Shown here: positions 1 to 16,793 of the stretch, one piece after another
How the letters are laid out: every line of letters starts with the position of its first letter
Position numbering within the stretch: position 1 is the first letter of the stretch
Made by a program: the position numbers and the translations under genes
Origin: the human T2T-CHM13v2.0 reference genome, Homo sapiens
NCBI RefSeq assembly: GCF_009914755.1
Contig: NC_060941.1
DNA: 64,000 nt
Strand: one strand, 5' to 3'
The notes under the pieces: model-generated
What the model was told of the DNA's origin: nothing
Seen by the model: the letters and a program-made list of their open reading frames with translations, nothing else
Database searches by the model: none

Positions 1-544
1 TATGAATATATATTATATGTAAATATATATATATATGTTCTACGTTAGTCCCTCCCTAACCCCTTTCTGCACTGGTTAAGAAAGAAGATTAGTTTTGTTC
101 ATGGAATAATGATAACAGTACTAACACCCTGGATTGATGGCATTTTTGAAATGTAGTCCCTCTGCCTTTCGCAGAATGGCTGTTCTCTCCCTGGTTTCTG
201 CTCTTCCACCCTCCCATTCCTTTCCCAGAACTCATCATTGCCGTTCAGCACTCGGACAGGCTCCAGAGCATGGAAGGGAAGGCCAATATCAGGTTCAAAT
301 TTTGCTGAACCTCAGCAAGGCAAGCAAACAGGTGGTTGGCAGCTAATGGTGTTTTCCTAAAGTCTTAAATCCATCATTGTTAGAACTGGAAAGGAACTTT
401 GGAGACTGTTGATCACAGTTCCTACAATTCATAGAAGATATCCAGATCTTAGCAGGCTTGTGGTCTGCTGGGGCTGCTAGAGCAATTGGGGCAAACTGGC
501 TCTTGGTTTTTTGGCTTCCAGTGCCCATATAGTATAGCATCAAG

Positions 545-860
545 TATGAAGGTTTTGGATCCAGGGAGCTTTGACCTCAAACTTCACATACATAGCCTTT
601 CTGCTATGTGACCTTGGATAAGTAACTTTCTCTGATAACCCTTTGAGAAGTATTAACAAGAGGCTTTAGTTACATCTCAACTATATATATATATAAAATA
701 ACAAAAAAGTATTAATAAGAGCCATAATAATAATAATATCTAAGATTTATCGATGCCTTTGTATACCCAGCACTGTTTTATGTGGCTTATGTATATTAAC
801 TCATTTAATTCCCACAACAATTTCATTTTATAAATGAAGCTTAAGAGGGTAAATGTGAAT
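545..860. mobile_element. Two MIR fragments in opposite orientations
   Basis: gctatgtgaccttggataagtaactt (+) and cagcactgtttta...aactcatttaattcccacaacaa...cattttata (-) resemble the MIR core. Confidence 0.6.
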
Positions 861-1070
861 CTTTAATTCAGCGTTTTTTTTTTAAAGAGAGTAAAGGATA
901 CCTCCAAAGATGCATAAAGCCAGGATATATTAATATTAAACACTGAAGCAATTTTAGCTGATCAGAATGAGAATTAAATGAAAAGCTATGTAAAACATCA
1001 AGCCAGGGTTGATGGAGTTGGACCTCTTATTGACTTACACATTATTTTCCCAACCTAGATCAACTTCCTC

Positions 1071-1371
1071 TTTTTTTTTTTTTTTTTGTGACAGGGTCTC
1101 GCTCTGCCATCCAGGCTGGAGGGCAGTGGTGTGACCACAGCTCACTGCAGCCTCTACCTCCCAGGCTCAAGTGATCCTCCCACCTCAGGCCCCCCAAGTA
1201 GCTGGGACTACAGGCAGGTACCACCACGCTCAGCTAATTTTTGTATTTTTTTGTAGTGATGAGGTTTCACCATGTGGCCCAGGCTGGTTTCAAACTCCTA
1301 GGCTCAAGTGATGTCACTGCTTCAGCCTCCCAAAGTGCTGGGATTACAGGCATGAGCCACAATGCCCAGCC
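1071..1371 (-). mobile_element. AluJ
   Basis: Poly-T followed by the reverse Alu dimer with J-type bases (cactgcagcct, ggctcaagtgatcctccc). Confidence 0.9.
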
Positions 1372-1507
1372 TCAGCTGCTTCTTTAACCAGGAAAGGAAG
1401 CACTCATTTATGGAAAGGAGACATTCTGGTCTTCATTCTATGAAGTGAATCCCATTTTGCAGTTTATTTCCTTTATAAAACTTTATTCTTAGGGAAGAAC
1501 CTTTTAA

Positions 1508-1915
<408 letters not shown>

Positions 1916-1997
1916 TAGACATATTATTCCTTTTCCTGGGGTATTAAAATGAAGCGTGGATTTGTGATGATGTCTTCTAAGTTACGACCCTCTACAA

Positions 1998-2328
1998 CAG
2001 GAGTCCCCAAACCCCGGGCCACGGACTGGTACCGGGCCACACAGCAGGAGGTGAGCGGCAGACGAGTGGGCATTACCTCCTGAGCCCCGCTTCCTGTCAG
2101 ATCAGGGCGGCATTAGATTCTCATGGGAGGGCTAACCCTGTTGTGAAGTGCTCGAGGGATGCGCAGTGCATGTGAAGGATCTAGGTTGCACACTCCTTAT
2201 GAGAATCTACTGCATGCTGATTTGAGGTTTCATCCTGAAACCACTTCCCCACCCCCACCTCCATCCGTGGAAGAAAAATTGTTTTCCATGAAACCAGTTC
2301 CTGGTGCCAGAACAGTTGGGGACCACTG
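1998..2328 (+). mobile_element. MER1B-like hAT-Charlie DNA transposon (MITE)
   Basis: TIRs caggagtccccaa / ttggggaccactg; 8-bp TSD ctctacaa (1990-1997) / ctctgcaa (2329-2336). Confidence 0.85.
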
Positions 2329-2707
2329 CTCTGCAATATGTAATATATTTCTGCCTAGAAACTCTAGGCATTCTGTTTTGCGTTTGGTAATGTTTATCAA
2401 CTTTGTCAAGTTTTAAATTCTGATGAATGGATTGATACTACTGTTTCTCCTTCCTTCAAGTCCCCCAACCCCATCTCCCACTTAACACCCACCACGTTTG
2501 CTGTATTTTCCAGGGGATACTCAGGCTCCACTGGAGGCAAAGAAATGTAAGGTCACCCCAACCCTCATTCTTCCTCTTTATCTTTCTTCTGAGTCCTGTG
2601 TGACCTGTTCTGTTTATTGCCTGTGTCTGGACCTGATGACCTCTCTTCCGTGGAAGGCTGTCTCCTTGGAGGTCTCACACCCACTCTCTTGCCTGTTCTT
2701 GCTGCAG

Positions 2708-2800
2708 ATGGCTCAACGGAAGATCCGAGACATCCTGGCCCAGGTTAAGCAGCAGCATCAGAAGGGACAGAGTAACCAGGCCCAGGCACGGAGGAAGTGA
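2708..2800 (+). CDS. IGF2BP1: Terminal coding exon of insulin-like growth factor 2 mRNA-binding protein 1 (end of KH4 helix and C-terminal tail)
   Basis: Polypyrimidine tract and acceptor ctctcttgcctgttcttgctgcag|ATG at 2707/2708; translates [33 protein letters not shown], recognised as the IGF2BP1 C-terminus. Confidence 0.96.
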
Positions 2801-3119
2801 CCAGCCCCTCCCTGTCCCTTCGAGTCCAGGACAACAACGGGCAGAAATCGAGAGTGTGCTCTCCCCGGCAGGCCTGAGAATGAGTGGGAATCCGGGACAC
2901 CTGGGCCGGGCTGTAGATCAGGTTTGCCCACTTGATTGAGAAAGATGTTCCAGTGAGGAACCCTGATCTCTCAGCCCCAAACACCCACCCAATTGGCCCA
3001 ACACTGTCTGCCCCTCGGGGTGTCAGAAATTCTAGCGCAAGGCACTTTTAAACGTGGATTGTTTAAAGAAGCTCTCCAGGCCCCACCAAGAGGGTGGATC
3101 ACACCTCAGTGGGAAGAAA

Positions 3120-3125
3120 AATAAA
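3120..3125 (+). terminator. Proximal polyadenylation signal (short-UTR isoform candidate)
   Basis: AATAAA ~320 nt after the stop, with U/GU-rich sequence downstream; lies upstream of all let-7 sites. Confidence 0.6.
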
Positions 3126-4431
3126 ATTTCCTTCAGGTTTTAAAAACATGCAGAGAGGTGTTTTAATCAGCCTTAAAGGATGGTTCATTTCTTGACCTTA
3201 ATGTTTTTCCAATCTTCTTCCCCCTACTTGGGTAATTGATTAAAATACCTCCATTTACGGCCTCTTTCTATATTTACACTAATTTTTTTATCTTTATTGC
3301 TACCAGAAAAAAATGCGAACGAATGCATTGCTTTGCTTACAGTATTGACTCAAGGGAAAAGAACTGTCAGTATCTGTAGATTAATTCCAATCACTCCCTA
3401 ACCAATAGGTACAATACGGAATGAAGAAGAGGGGAAAATGGGGAGAAAGATGGTTAAAATACATAATAATCCACGTTTAAAAGGAGCGCACTTGTGGCTG
3501 ATCTATGCCAGATCACCATCTTCAAATTGGCACAACTGAAATTTCCCCACTCTGTTGGGGCTTCCCCACCACATTCATGTCCCTCTCCCGTGTAGGTTTC
3601 ACATTATGTCCAGGTGCACATAGGTGGTATTGAATGCTCAGCAGGGTAGGGGCTGACCACTGTCCCTGATTCCCATCGTTCTCAGGCGGATTTTATATTT
3701 TTTTAAAGTCTATTTTAATGATTGGATATGAGCACTGGGAAGGGGACGCTAACTCCCCTTGATAAAGTCTCGGTTCCATGGAGGACTTGAGTGGCCCCAA
3801 AGGCTGCCACGGTGCCCTCACCCCAGCCCATGTGCTCCCATAAGGGCTGGTTCCTAGAGGCAGGGGTTGTGGGGCACTCCCAGCCACGGCACTGTTACCT
3901 TGGTGGTGGGACTTGGAACCCAACCCTGAGCTCCCGATAAAGCTAAAGTCCATCATCTGGCAAATTCAGTAAATTGGAGAGTACTTGCTTCTGTTTGTAT
4001 CTGAGAGGAATTTTTAACTGACGGCTTCTGTCTCCATGAATCATTATCAGCATGATGAAAGGTGTGTCTAAAAAACAATTCAGAATACCAGCAGCATTGT
4101 ACAGCAAGGGGTAAATAAGCTTAATTTATTAATTTACCAGGCTTAATTAAGATCCCATGGAGTGTTTAGCCCTTGTGGGAGACAGAAGCCATCAGTTAAA
4201 TGAGGTTAGGCCTCTCCTCCTAATATACTGATTGACAATGCATATTAGCCAGGTAATGCACTTTAGCTACCCTGGACAATGCTATCAAGTGTGCTGGGAA
4301 GGGAGGAAGGCCTCTCTACATATGGAAAAGCCCATGCGTGGAGTTCCCCTCCTTTCAACATTGCAACAACAGTAACAACAAGACAACCGCAACATGTGGG
4401 CGTAGTCAGGCAATGCTGTGTGCGAAGTAAA

Positions 4432-4439
4432 CTACCTCA
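4432..4439 (+). promoter_or_regulatory. let-7/miR-98 8mer site
   Basis: CTACCTCA, complement of let-7 nt 2-8 plus A1. Confidence 0.85.
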
Positions 4440-4450
4440 AGGTATGAAGT

Positions 4451-4457
4451 TACCTCA
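4451..4457 (+). promoter_or_regulatory. let-7 7mer-A1 site (tandem with 4432)
   Basis: TACCTCA starting 19 nt after the start of the 8mer. Confidence 0.8.
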
Positions 4458-7068
4458 GCAATTATTTTCCTTTTTGTTCCCCCCAACCCCATTAAAAAAA
4501 TTTTTTTTTGATTTTTGTTTTTTTGCAGCTTGCTGATATTTTATATAAAAAAGAAAAGCAAAGCAAAAGAGAAGCTGATAGTCTTGAATATTTTATTTTT
4601 TTAATGAAAAGAAAAAACAAGAAAGTTATGTTTCATAATTTCTTACAACATGAGCCAGTAACCCTTTAGGAACTCTCTATGGAGAACAGGCCTGGTGGGA
4701 AAGGCTTTGGGGGCTGCCCCCTTAGGAGGAGGCTAGTGCTAAGAGGGAAGGCCCAGGTTTGAGAGAGCCCAGAGGGGCAGAGCCCAGAGCCTTGTTTGGC
4801 CCTGATCTCTGACTTCTAGAGCCCCAGCTGCTGGCGGCTGCTGGAATATCCTACCTGATAGGATTAAAAGGCCTAGTGGAGCTGGGGGCTCTCAGTGGTT
4901 AAACAATGCCCAACAACCAACCAGCTGGCCCTTGGTCTCCTCTCTTTCCTCCTTTGGTTAAAGAGCATCTCAGCCAGCTTTTCCCACCAGTGGTGCTGTT
5001 GAGATATTTTAAAATATTGCCTCCGTTTTATCGAGGAGAGAAATAATAACTAAAAAATATACCCTTTAAAAAAACCTATATTTCTCTGTCTAAAAATATG
5101 GGAGCTGAGATTCCGTTCGTGGAAAAAAGACAAGGCCACCCTCTCGCCCTCAGAGAGGTCCACCTGGTTTGTCATTGCAATGCTTTTCATTTTTTTTTTT
5201 TGTTATTGTTTCATTTCAGTTCCGTCTTGCTATTCTTCCTAATCTATATCCATAGATCTAAGGGGCAAACAGATACTAGTTAACTGCCCCCACCTCTGTC
5301 TCCCTGTCTTCTTTAGATCGGTCTGATTGATTTTAAAAGTGGACCCAAACTTAGGGAATTCTTGATTTAGGGTGGCTGGTGGCAAGGAGGGGCAGGGGAT
5401 ATGGGGACGTGACTGGGACAGGTTCCTGCCTTATCATTTTCTCCCTAGGACATTCCCTTGTAGCCCCCAGAATTGTCTGGCCCAAATTGAATAGAAGCAG
5501 AAAAACATTTAGGGATAACATCAGGCCAGTAGAATTAAGCCTCTCCACCTGTCCCAACCATAAAAAGGGTCTCCCAGCTTTCCATCTCTGGCTCTATATG
5601 CTTTATCCCAAAACAAAGCAGATAACGTTCAGACGTCGGCCATTTAGTAATTTAAAGCGAATTTCCAGCAGCAAGCATGCTTTGATATCTGGTTCAGACT
5701 ATCATCAGGAAGAAAAAAAAATCCCACAGTACCTGAAATGTGATTGTTGCAGTGTTCAGTTTCCTTGGGGGCCTGCTCCCTTCACACCTTGAGCCCAAGT
5801 CCTTTTCCGTTGGCTGATTCAGCTCCCAGAAGAGACGAGGAAGTGTGTGGCAAGGGACTGGAAAACTTCACTTGCTTGGATTAGGCAAGGCTCCACTCAT
5901 TGTTGATATTTGCCCAGCAGGAAAATCATGTAAGTTATACCACCAGAAAGCAAAAGGAGCATGGTTTGGTGGTTAAGGTTTAGTGGGATGAAGGACCTGT
6001 CTTGGTGGGCCGGGCCCTCTTGTGCCCCGTAGGCTAGGTCTTAGGGCAACTCCTTGCCCTCCTGCTCAGCACCTCCATTTCCCCATCCTTGGTGAGATAA
6101 CAAGCTATCGCGAAAAGCACTTGGGAGATTTGGATGATTTGAGAAGAGTGACTTAAAAAAAATGCTTCTGTGCTCTAAGATATATATGTGTGTGTGTGTG
6201 CTACATATATATTTTTAAGAAAGGACCATCTCTTTAGGATATATTTTTAAATTCTTTGAAACACATAACCAAAATGGTTTGATTCACTGACTGACTTTGA
6301 AGCTGCATCTGCCAGTTACACCCCAAATGGCTTTAATCCCCTCTCGGGTCTGGTTGCCTTTTGCAGTTTGGGTTGTGGACTCAGCTCCTGTGAGGGGTCT
6401 GGTTAGGAGAGAGCCATTTTTAAGGACAGGGAGTTTTATAGCCCTTTTCTACTTTCCTCCCCTCCTCCCAGTCCTTATCAATCTTTTTTCCTTTTTCCTG
6501 ACCCCCTCCTTCTGGAGGCAGTTGGGAGCTATCCTTGTTTATGCCTCACTATTGGCAGAAAAGACCCCATTTAAAACCCAGAGAACACTGGAGGGGGATG
6601 CTCTAGTTGGTTCTGTGTCCATTTTCCTCTGTGCCAAAGACAGACAGACAGAGGCTGAGAGAGGCTGTTCCTGAATCAAAGCAATAGCCAGCTTTCGACA
6701 CATACCTGGCTGTCTGAGGAGGAAGGCCTCCTGGAAACTGGGAGCTAAGGGCGAGGCCCTTCCCTTCAGAGGCTCCTGGGGGATTAGGGTGTGGTGTTTG
6801 CCAAGCCAAGGGGTAGGGAGCCGAGAAATTGGTCTGTCGGCTCCTGGTTGCACTTTGGGGAAGGAGAGGAAGTTTGGGGCTCCAGGTAGCTCCCTGTTGT
6901 GGGACTGCTCTGTCCCCTGCCCCTACTGCAGAGATAGCACTGCCGAGTTCCCTTCAGGCCTGGCAGACGGGCAGTGAGGAGGGGCCTCAGTTAGCTCTCA
7001 AGGGTGCCTTCCCCTCCTCCCAACCCAGACATACCCTCTGCCAAACTGGGAACCAGCAGTGCTAGTAA

Positions 7069-7076
7069 CTACCTCA
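7069..7076 (+). promoter_or_regulatory. let-7 8mer site
   Basis: CTACCTCA. Confidence 0.85.
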
Positions 7077-7722
7077 CAGAGCCCCAGAGGGCCTGCTTGA
7101 GCCTTCTTGCTCCACAGGAGAAGCTGGTGCCTCTAGGCAACCCCTTCCTCCCACCTCTCATCAGGGGTGGGGGTTCTCCTTTCTTTCCCCTGAAGTGTTT
7201 ATGGGGAGATCCTAGTGGCTTTGCCATTCAAACCACTCGACTGTTTGCCTGTTTCTTGAAAACCAGTAGAAGGGAAACAGCACAGCCTGTCACAGTAATT
7301 GCAGGAAGATTGAAGAAAAATCCTCATCAATGCCAGGGGACATAAAAGCCATTTCCCTTCCAAATACTCGACAATTTAGATGCAGAACATTTCTCTGTAT
7401 TCAGACTTAGAGTAACACCAGCTGAAAACTGCAGTTTCTTTCCTTTGGATACATAAGGCTTCTCTATCGGGGTACGGGACAGGGAGGAGGCCTCATGTCT
7501 GAAGGGGGATTTAGGGGCGAGAGCCCCAGCCCTGACCCTCGGTCCTGTGCACCGCTTTGGGGCACAGTCTGATGGCGCCTTTGCTGGCGCCTTAGTATGG
7601 TTGACTCCGGATGGACAAAAGAAAAAAAATTTTTTTTCTTGAATGAAATAGCAGGAAGCTCCTCGGGAGCATGTGTTTTGATTAACCGCAGGTGATGGAT
7701 GCTACGAGTATAAATGGATTAA

Positions 7723-7730
7723 CTACCTCA
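7723..7730 (+). promoter_or_regulatory. let-7 8mer site
   Basis: CTACCTCA. Confidence 0.85.
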
Positions 7731-8367
7731 ATCCTTACAGTAAGATTGGAACTAAGGGCAGGGACTCATGCATAAGGGTATGAATCCCAGCCAGGACAAG
7801 TGAGTTGAGGCTTGTGCCACAAAAGGTTTGTCCTTGGGGAACAGGCAGGCCTGCCAGGATCCCCCCCATATCGATTGGGCTGGGAGGGCTGGCCATGAGG
7901 TCCCCACTTTCTGCTTTCCTTGCCCATGTGTCACCCCTTTGGCCTCCAGCTTGTCCCTCTCTCACTTTCTATAGCTTTGTTGGACCAGATGGTGAGGAAA
8001 GGAATGGCCTCTTCCCTTCTAGAGGGGGCTGGCTGGAGTGAGACCTGGGGCTTGGCCTGGAACCCACCACACAGCCCCAAAGTCAGGAAGCCTGGGGAAA
8101 CCAGAGCTGAGACCTCTTCAACAGGGTTTCTTTGAGATCCTACACCTCCATTGGGCCCTTTTTCAATCTTCAATGGGGGCCCAGTTGGCTCTAGAAGGAG
8201 AAGAGGTGAAGCAGGATCCTTTGCCCTGGGGGAGTCTGAGGGCGCGGTCCTTGGACTCATTCAGGCCGTCTTTGTAGTTGGGGGAGTTCCACTGGGCGAT
8301 CCCAGCCCCTCCCCACCCACCCTCTAATGGACCTCCTCATAGAAGCCCCATTTCACTTTTGTTTTAT

Positions 8368-8374
8368 CTACCTC
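8368..8374 (+). promoter_or_regulatory. let-7 7mer-m8 site
   Basis: CTACCTC followed by T. Confidence 0.75.
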
Positions 8375-8983
8375 TTAGCAAAACAATAGATAAATTAGGT
8401 AGTGGCAGCTCCACTTGCTTAGGTTAGGGGGGGAAAAAGATTTCTTTTTCCAAAGGAAAAAAATATTACCTTGAGAATACTTTCCAAAAAATAAAATTAA
8501 AAAAAAAAAAACCAAAAAAAAAAATTTTTTTTTAAAAGGGAGACATTTTCCAGTGACCACTGGATTGTTTTAATTTCCCAAGCTTTTTTTTCCCCCATAA
8601 ATAAGTTTCACTCTTTGGCGATTTTCTTCACTTGTTTAAGATAACGTGCTAGCTATTCCAACAGGTAACAGCTTTCACAGTCTGCCCCTGGCCTGTCTCA
8701 CCCCATCCCCCACCCTATTCCTGCCAGTGAGTCCTTCCTGTGCTTCTCTCCCTTCTCCCCTCCCAGCCAGCTGACTTCAGTCACCCCTGTCCCCCCTCCC
8801 CTGCCAATAAGCTCCCCCAGGAATAAAGGCTTTGTTTTGGGGATGCTTAAATCTTGACTGGCACTTCCCGGCTGTGGGGGCTGGGGAGCCACTTGTAACA
8901 TTTCTGTGCAGATTTTATGTTAGCCACTGCTATGTAAAAGCACGTTCAAAATGAATTTCAGCAGATTATGTGTTACCATAATG

Positions 8984-8989
8984 AATAAA
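8984..8989 (+). terminator. Alternative distal polyadenylation signal candidate
   Basis: AATAAA preceded by TGTA elements; another AATAAA at 8822-8827. Confidence 0.45.
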
Positions 8990-9472
8990 CGTCCTCTATC
9001 ACCATTTGGAGTCTCCCTTTTCTCCAGGATCTTGATCCTGGTCCCCAAAACCAGAGTGAATCAAAAGAGCTTCCTCCCCTGAGGCAAAGTGGATTTGTAA
9101 GCAGTTCTGAAACATCACTTACTCAGAAGAGGGAACGATGTATTTTGATGAGTGCAAATTGGGAAGAGCTGGAGGCCTACTGCTTGGGACAGTTTTTTTT
9201 TTTTTTTTTTTTTTAAATATGAGTGCTAGCTTATTCTGTAATTGCGGCAACTTTGAAAATTGTATTTTACTGGAAATCTGCCAGCCATCACCACCCGATT
9301 TTGATTGTATCCTTCCTCCCATCCTTTAATCTGTTCATTGCTTTGGGGGAGGTGGGGCAGCTGGCTCACACGTTGGAGTTTGTTCTTTGATGGATGAACG
9401 AACACTCCAGTTTTCTTTCCCGTGAAGGTTGTTTCAGCCACAAACCACTTCATTTTGCTGTTTCAATTTCAA

Positions 9473-9478
9473 AATAAA
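9473..9478 (+). terminator. Distal polyadenylation signal
   Basis: AATAAA with U-rich upstream sequence and GU-rich downstream element ~25 nt later; Alus resume ~400 bp beyond. Confidence 0.85.
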
Positions 9479-9817
9479 AGGAAACTTATATTGAAAGACA
9501 AGTATGTCTGTGTCTCAGGGTTTTTGGGTCTGGGAGCTGAGATGCTCAGCCTCAGCATGGGAGCCCTGGTTCTCAGGGACCTGAGTCATCCAAATGCAAA
9601 GTAGGCATTTTTCTTAAATGTACAGAGGAGTGGTTTTTAAATGGTGCCCTGCTCTTAATTAGCTTTGCATATTGGGAGGGGGGCAGGTCAGGTGTTTGGA
9701 ATGAGGACTCCAGCATTAAAGAAGATGTTGGGACATCACTGCAGAGAAGTAGCTGTCCAAGAAGTGACGAGGGTGTGTCACTCTTCCTAACACCTACCCT
9801 AAGAAAAAAACATGTAA

Positions 9818-10504
<687 letters not shown>

Positions 10505-10550
10505 TAAATAAATATTTTAATAACATGATTAAGATACTCTTAATTCATTA

Positions 10551-10876
<326 letters not shown>

Positions 10877-11104
10877 TACTCTTAATTCAAATCATCAGTC
10901 CAAATATACTTCCTGCTGACTACTGAACTGATCCATTAAGATCAAGAACAAAACCCCAAAGATACTACATAACTATATTTTGAAGTTTATGGGCAGGACA
11001 ATACAGTAAGATACTAAATGGAAAAAAAAGAAGTATTAATATAAAAAGCATAGTCATTATTTGCAATTAATACTGCATTTTCAGGAAGTCCAAAAAGTTA
11101 AAAC

Positions 11105-11395
11105 TTTTTTTTTTTTTTGAGATGGAGTTTCGTTCTTTTGCAGGTGGGAGTGCAATGGCGCTATCTCGGCTCACCACAACCTCTGCCTCCTGGGTTCAAG
11201 TGATTCTGCCTCAGCCTCCCAAGTAGCTGGGATTACAGGCACCTGCCAATATGCCTAGCTAATTTTTGTATTTTTAGTAGAGACGGGGTTTCACCATGTT
11301 GGTCAGGCTGGTCTTGAACCCCTGACCTCAGGTGATCCACCCACCTCGGCCTCCCAAAGTGCTGAGATTACAGGTGTGAGCCACCGTATCCAGCC
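11105..11395 (-). mobile_element. AluS
   Basis: Full reverse Alu dimer. Confidence 0.9.
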
Positions 11396-11414
11396 CTTAA
11401 TAAACTTATAATTA

Positions 11415-11782
<368 letters not shown>

Positions 11783-11806
11783 AGTTTAAAAAGTTATAAG
11801 TGGTTT

Positions 11807-12408
<602 letters not shown>

Positions 12409-12409
12409 G

Positions 12410-13830
<1,421 letters not shown>

Positions 13831-13842
13831 GAGATATATAGA

Positions 13843-14030
<188 letters not shown>

Positions 14031-14164
14031 AAATAAGGGATTTAGAAAGCAAATGAAAAGAGGTCAGCTATTTGGAATGGAAAAGCAAGGCAGAGGGTAA
14101 CAGGAGGCCTGAGATGGAACCTGGGGGTGATAGGAAGGGCACGGTGGCCAGCCTCTGGTTTTTG

Positions 14165-14960
<796 letters not shown>

Positions 14961-15371
14961 GAATAACTCTGCCATGGCACCATGGCGACCTCGCATGTAT
15001 TCATGCAGGCAAAGGCTCGAGACACAGCCTCCCTGAGTTTTGGCAGAATGCCTTGTGATCCTCCCAGAACACGAGGGGACTGCAGGCTTGTAAAGGGCTA
15101 CTATGAGGTCATCTCCCACCTGCCTCTCTCTCCCAGAAAACTGTCATGAAACTCTTTTTCATGACTCCTGGATTCTGATTACTCAGTCTGCCCCATCCCT
15201 TCCTCAGAGTAGAGCGTAGGATACCAAACCACAGAGCTGCAGCCTCAGCTTGGCTCCTCCTCAGTAGGGTGTTCCATACTTCGTGGGACAGGATCATGGG
15301 AGCATGCCTGCTTTGGCTTTTCCTTCTTTTCACCACTGGTGTAAGTACTAACGTGTCAAATCTAAGAGTGA

Positions 15372-15670
<299 letters not shown>

Positions 15671-16128
15671 TCATTGTATCTTTACTGGTCAAATCAGTCA
15701 GATCTTGGCCTTGCCTCATCTTGTACTCAGGAGTTTGACAAATTTGCCACCCAGTGGGGGGGACTGTAAAGTTACAGTGCCCTTAAGAGACAACTCGAAG
15801 CTGAGTGTGGTGGGTCACACCTGTAATCCCAGCTAGAGCAGGAGGATGGCTCGAGCTCAGTAGTAGAGATCTTGTCTCTACTTTATAAAATTAAAAAAAT
15901 AAAAAAATATAAAAAAAGATGACTTGAGGCTTCGTGAGATAATATAAGGGGATGATTTGTGTGCCCCACTATCTGCTAGCATGGCCTTCACCTGAGTGGC
16001 AGGTGAGAAAGAAGGAGTAGGATCTTCCCACTCTCCTACTTGTTCAGGGGCTGCATGGATCCAGTTAGGGGATGGGACTTCCAGGGAGCTGGCAGCTCAT
16101 GCCACCTGTTGATAAACATTGGGAGGCA

Positions 16129-16793
<665 letters not shown>

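Larger units (their letters stand above)
2801..9500 (+). other. IGF2BP1: Long (~6.7 kb) 3' UTR of IGF2BP1
   Basis: Runs from the stop codon to AATAAA 9473-9478 followed by a GU/U-rich element (tatgtctgtgtctcagggtttttgg); no interspersed repeats recognised; length agrees with the known long UTR. Confidence 0.9.

Noticed and set aside
2498-2707. N-terminal 70 aa of the 100-aa ORF 2498..2800
   Set aside because: Intronic read-through upstream of the splice acceptor at 2707; only the last 30 codons are IGF2BP1
3246-3251. TACCTC let-7 6mer
   Set aside because: Marginal site type without m8 or A1 support
5098-8277. ORFs inside the 3' UTR (e.g. 5379..5792, 6297..6674, 7004..7345)
   Set aside because: Mostly non-ATG starts, overlapping on both strands, no recognisable domain; expected by chance in GC-balanced UTR sequence
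8490-8524. AATAAA followed by an A-rich run as a poly(A) site
   Set aside because: The genomic A tract would cause oligo-dT internal priming, so use cannot be supported from sequence
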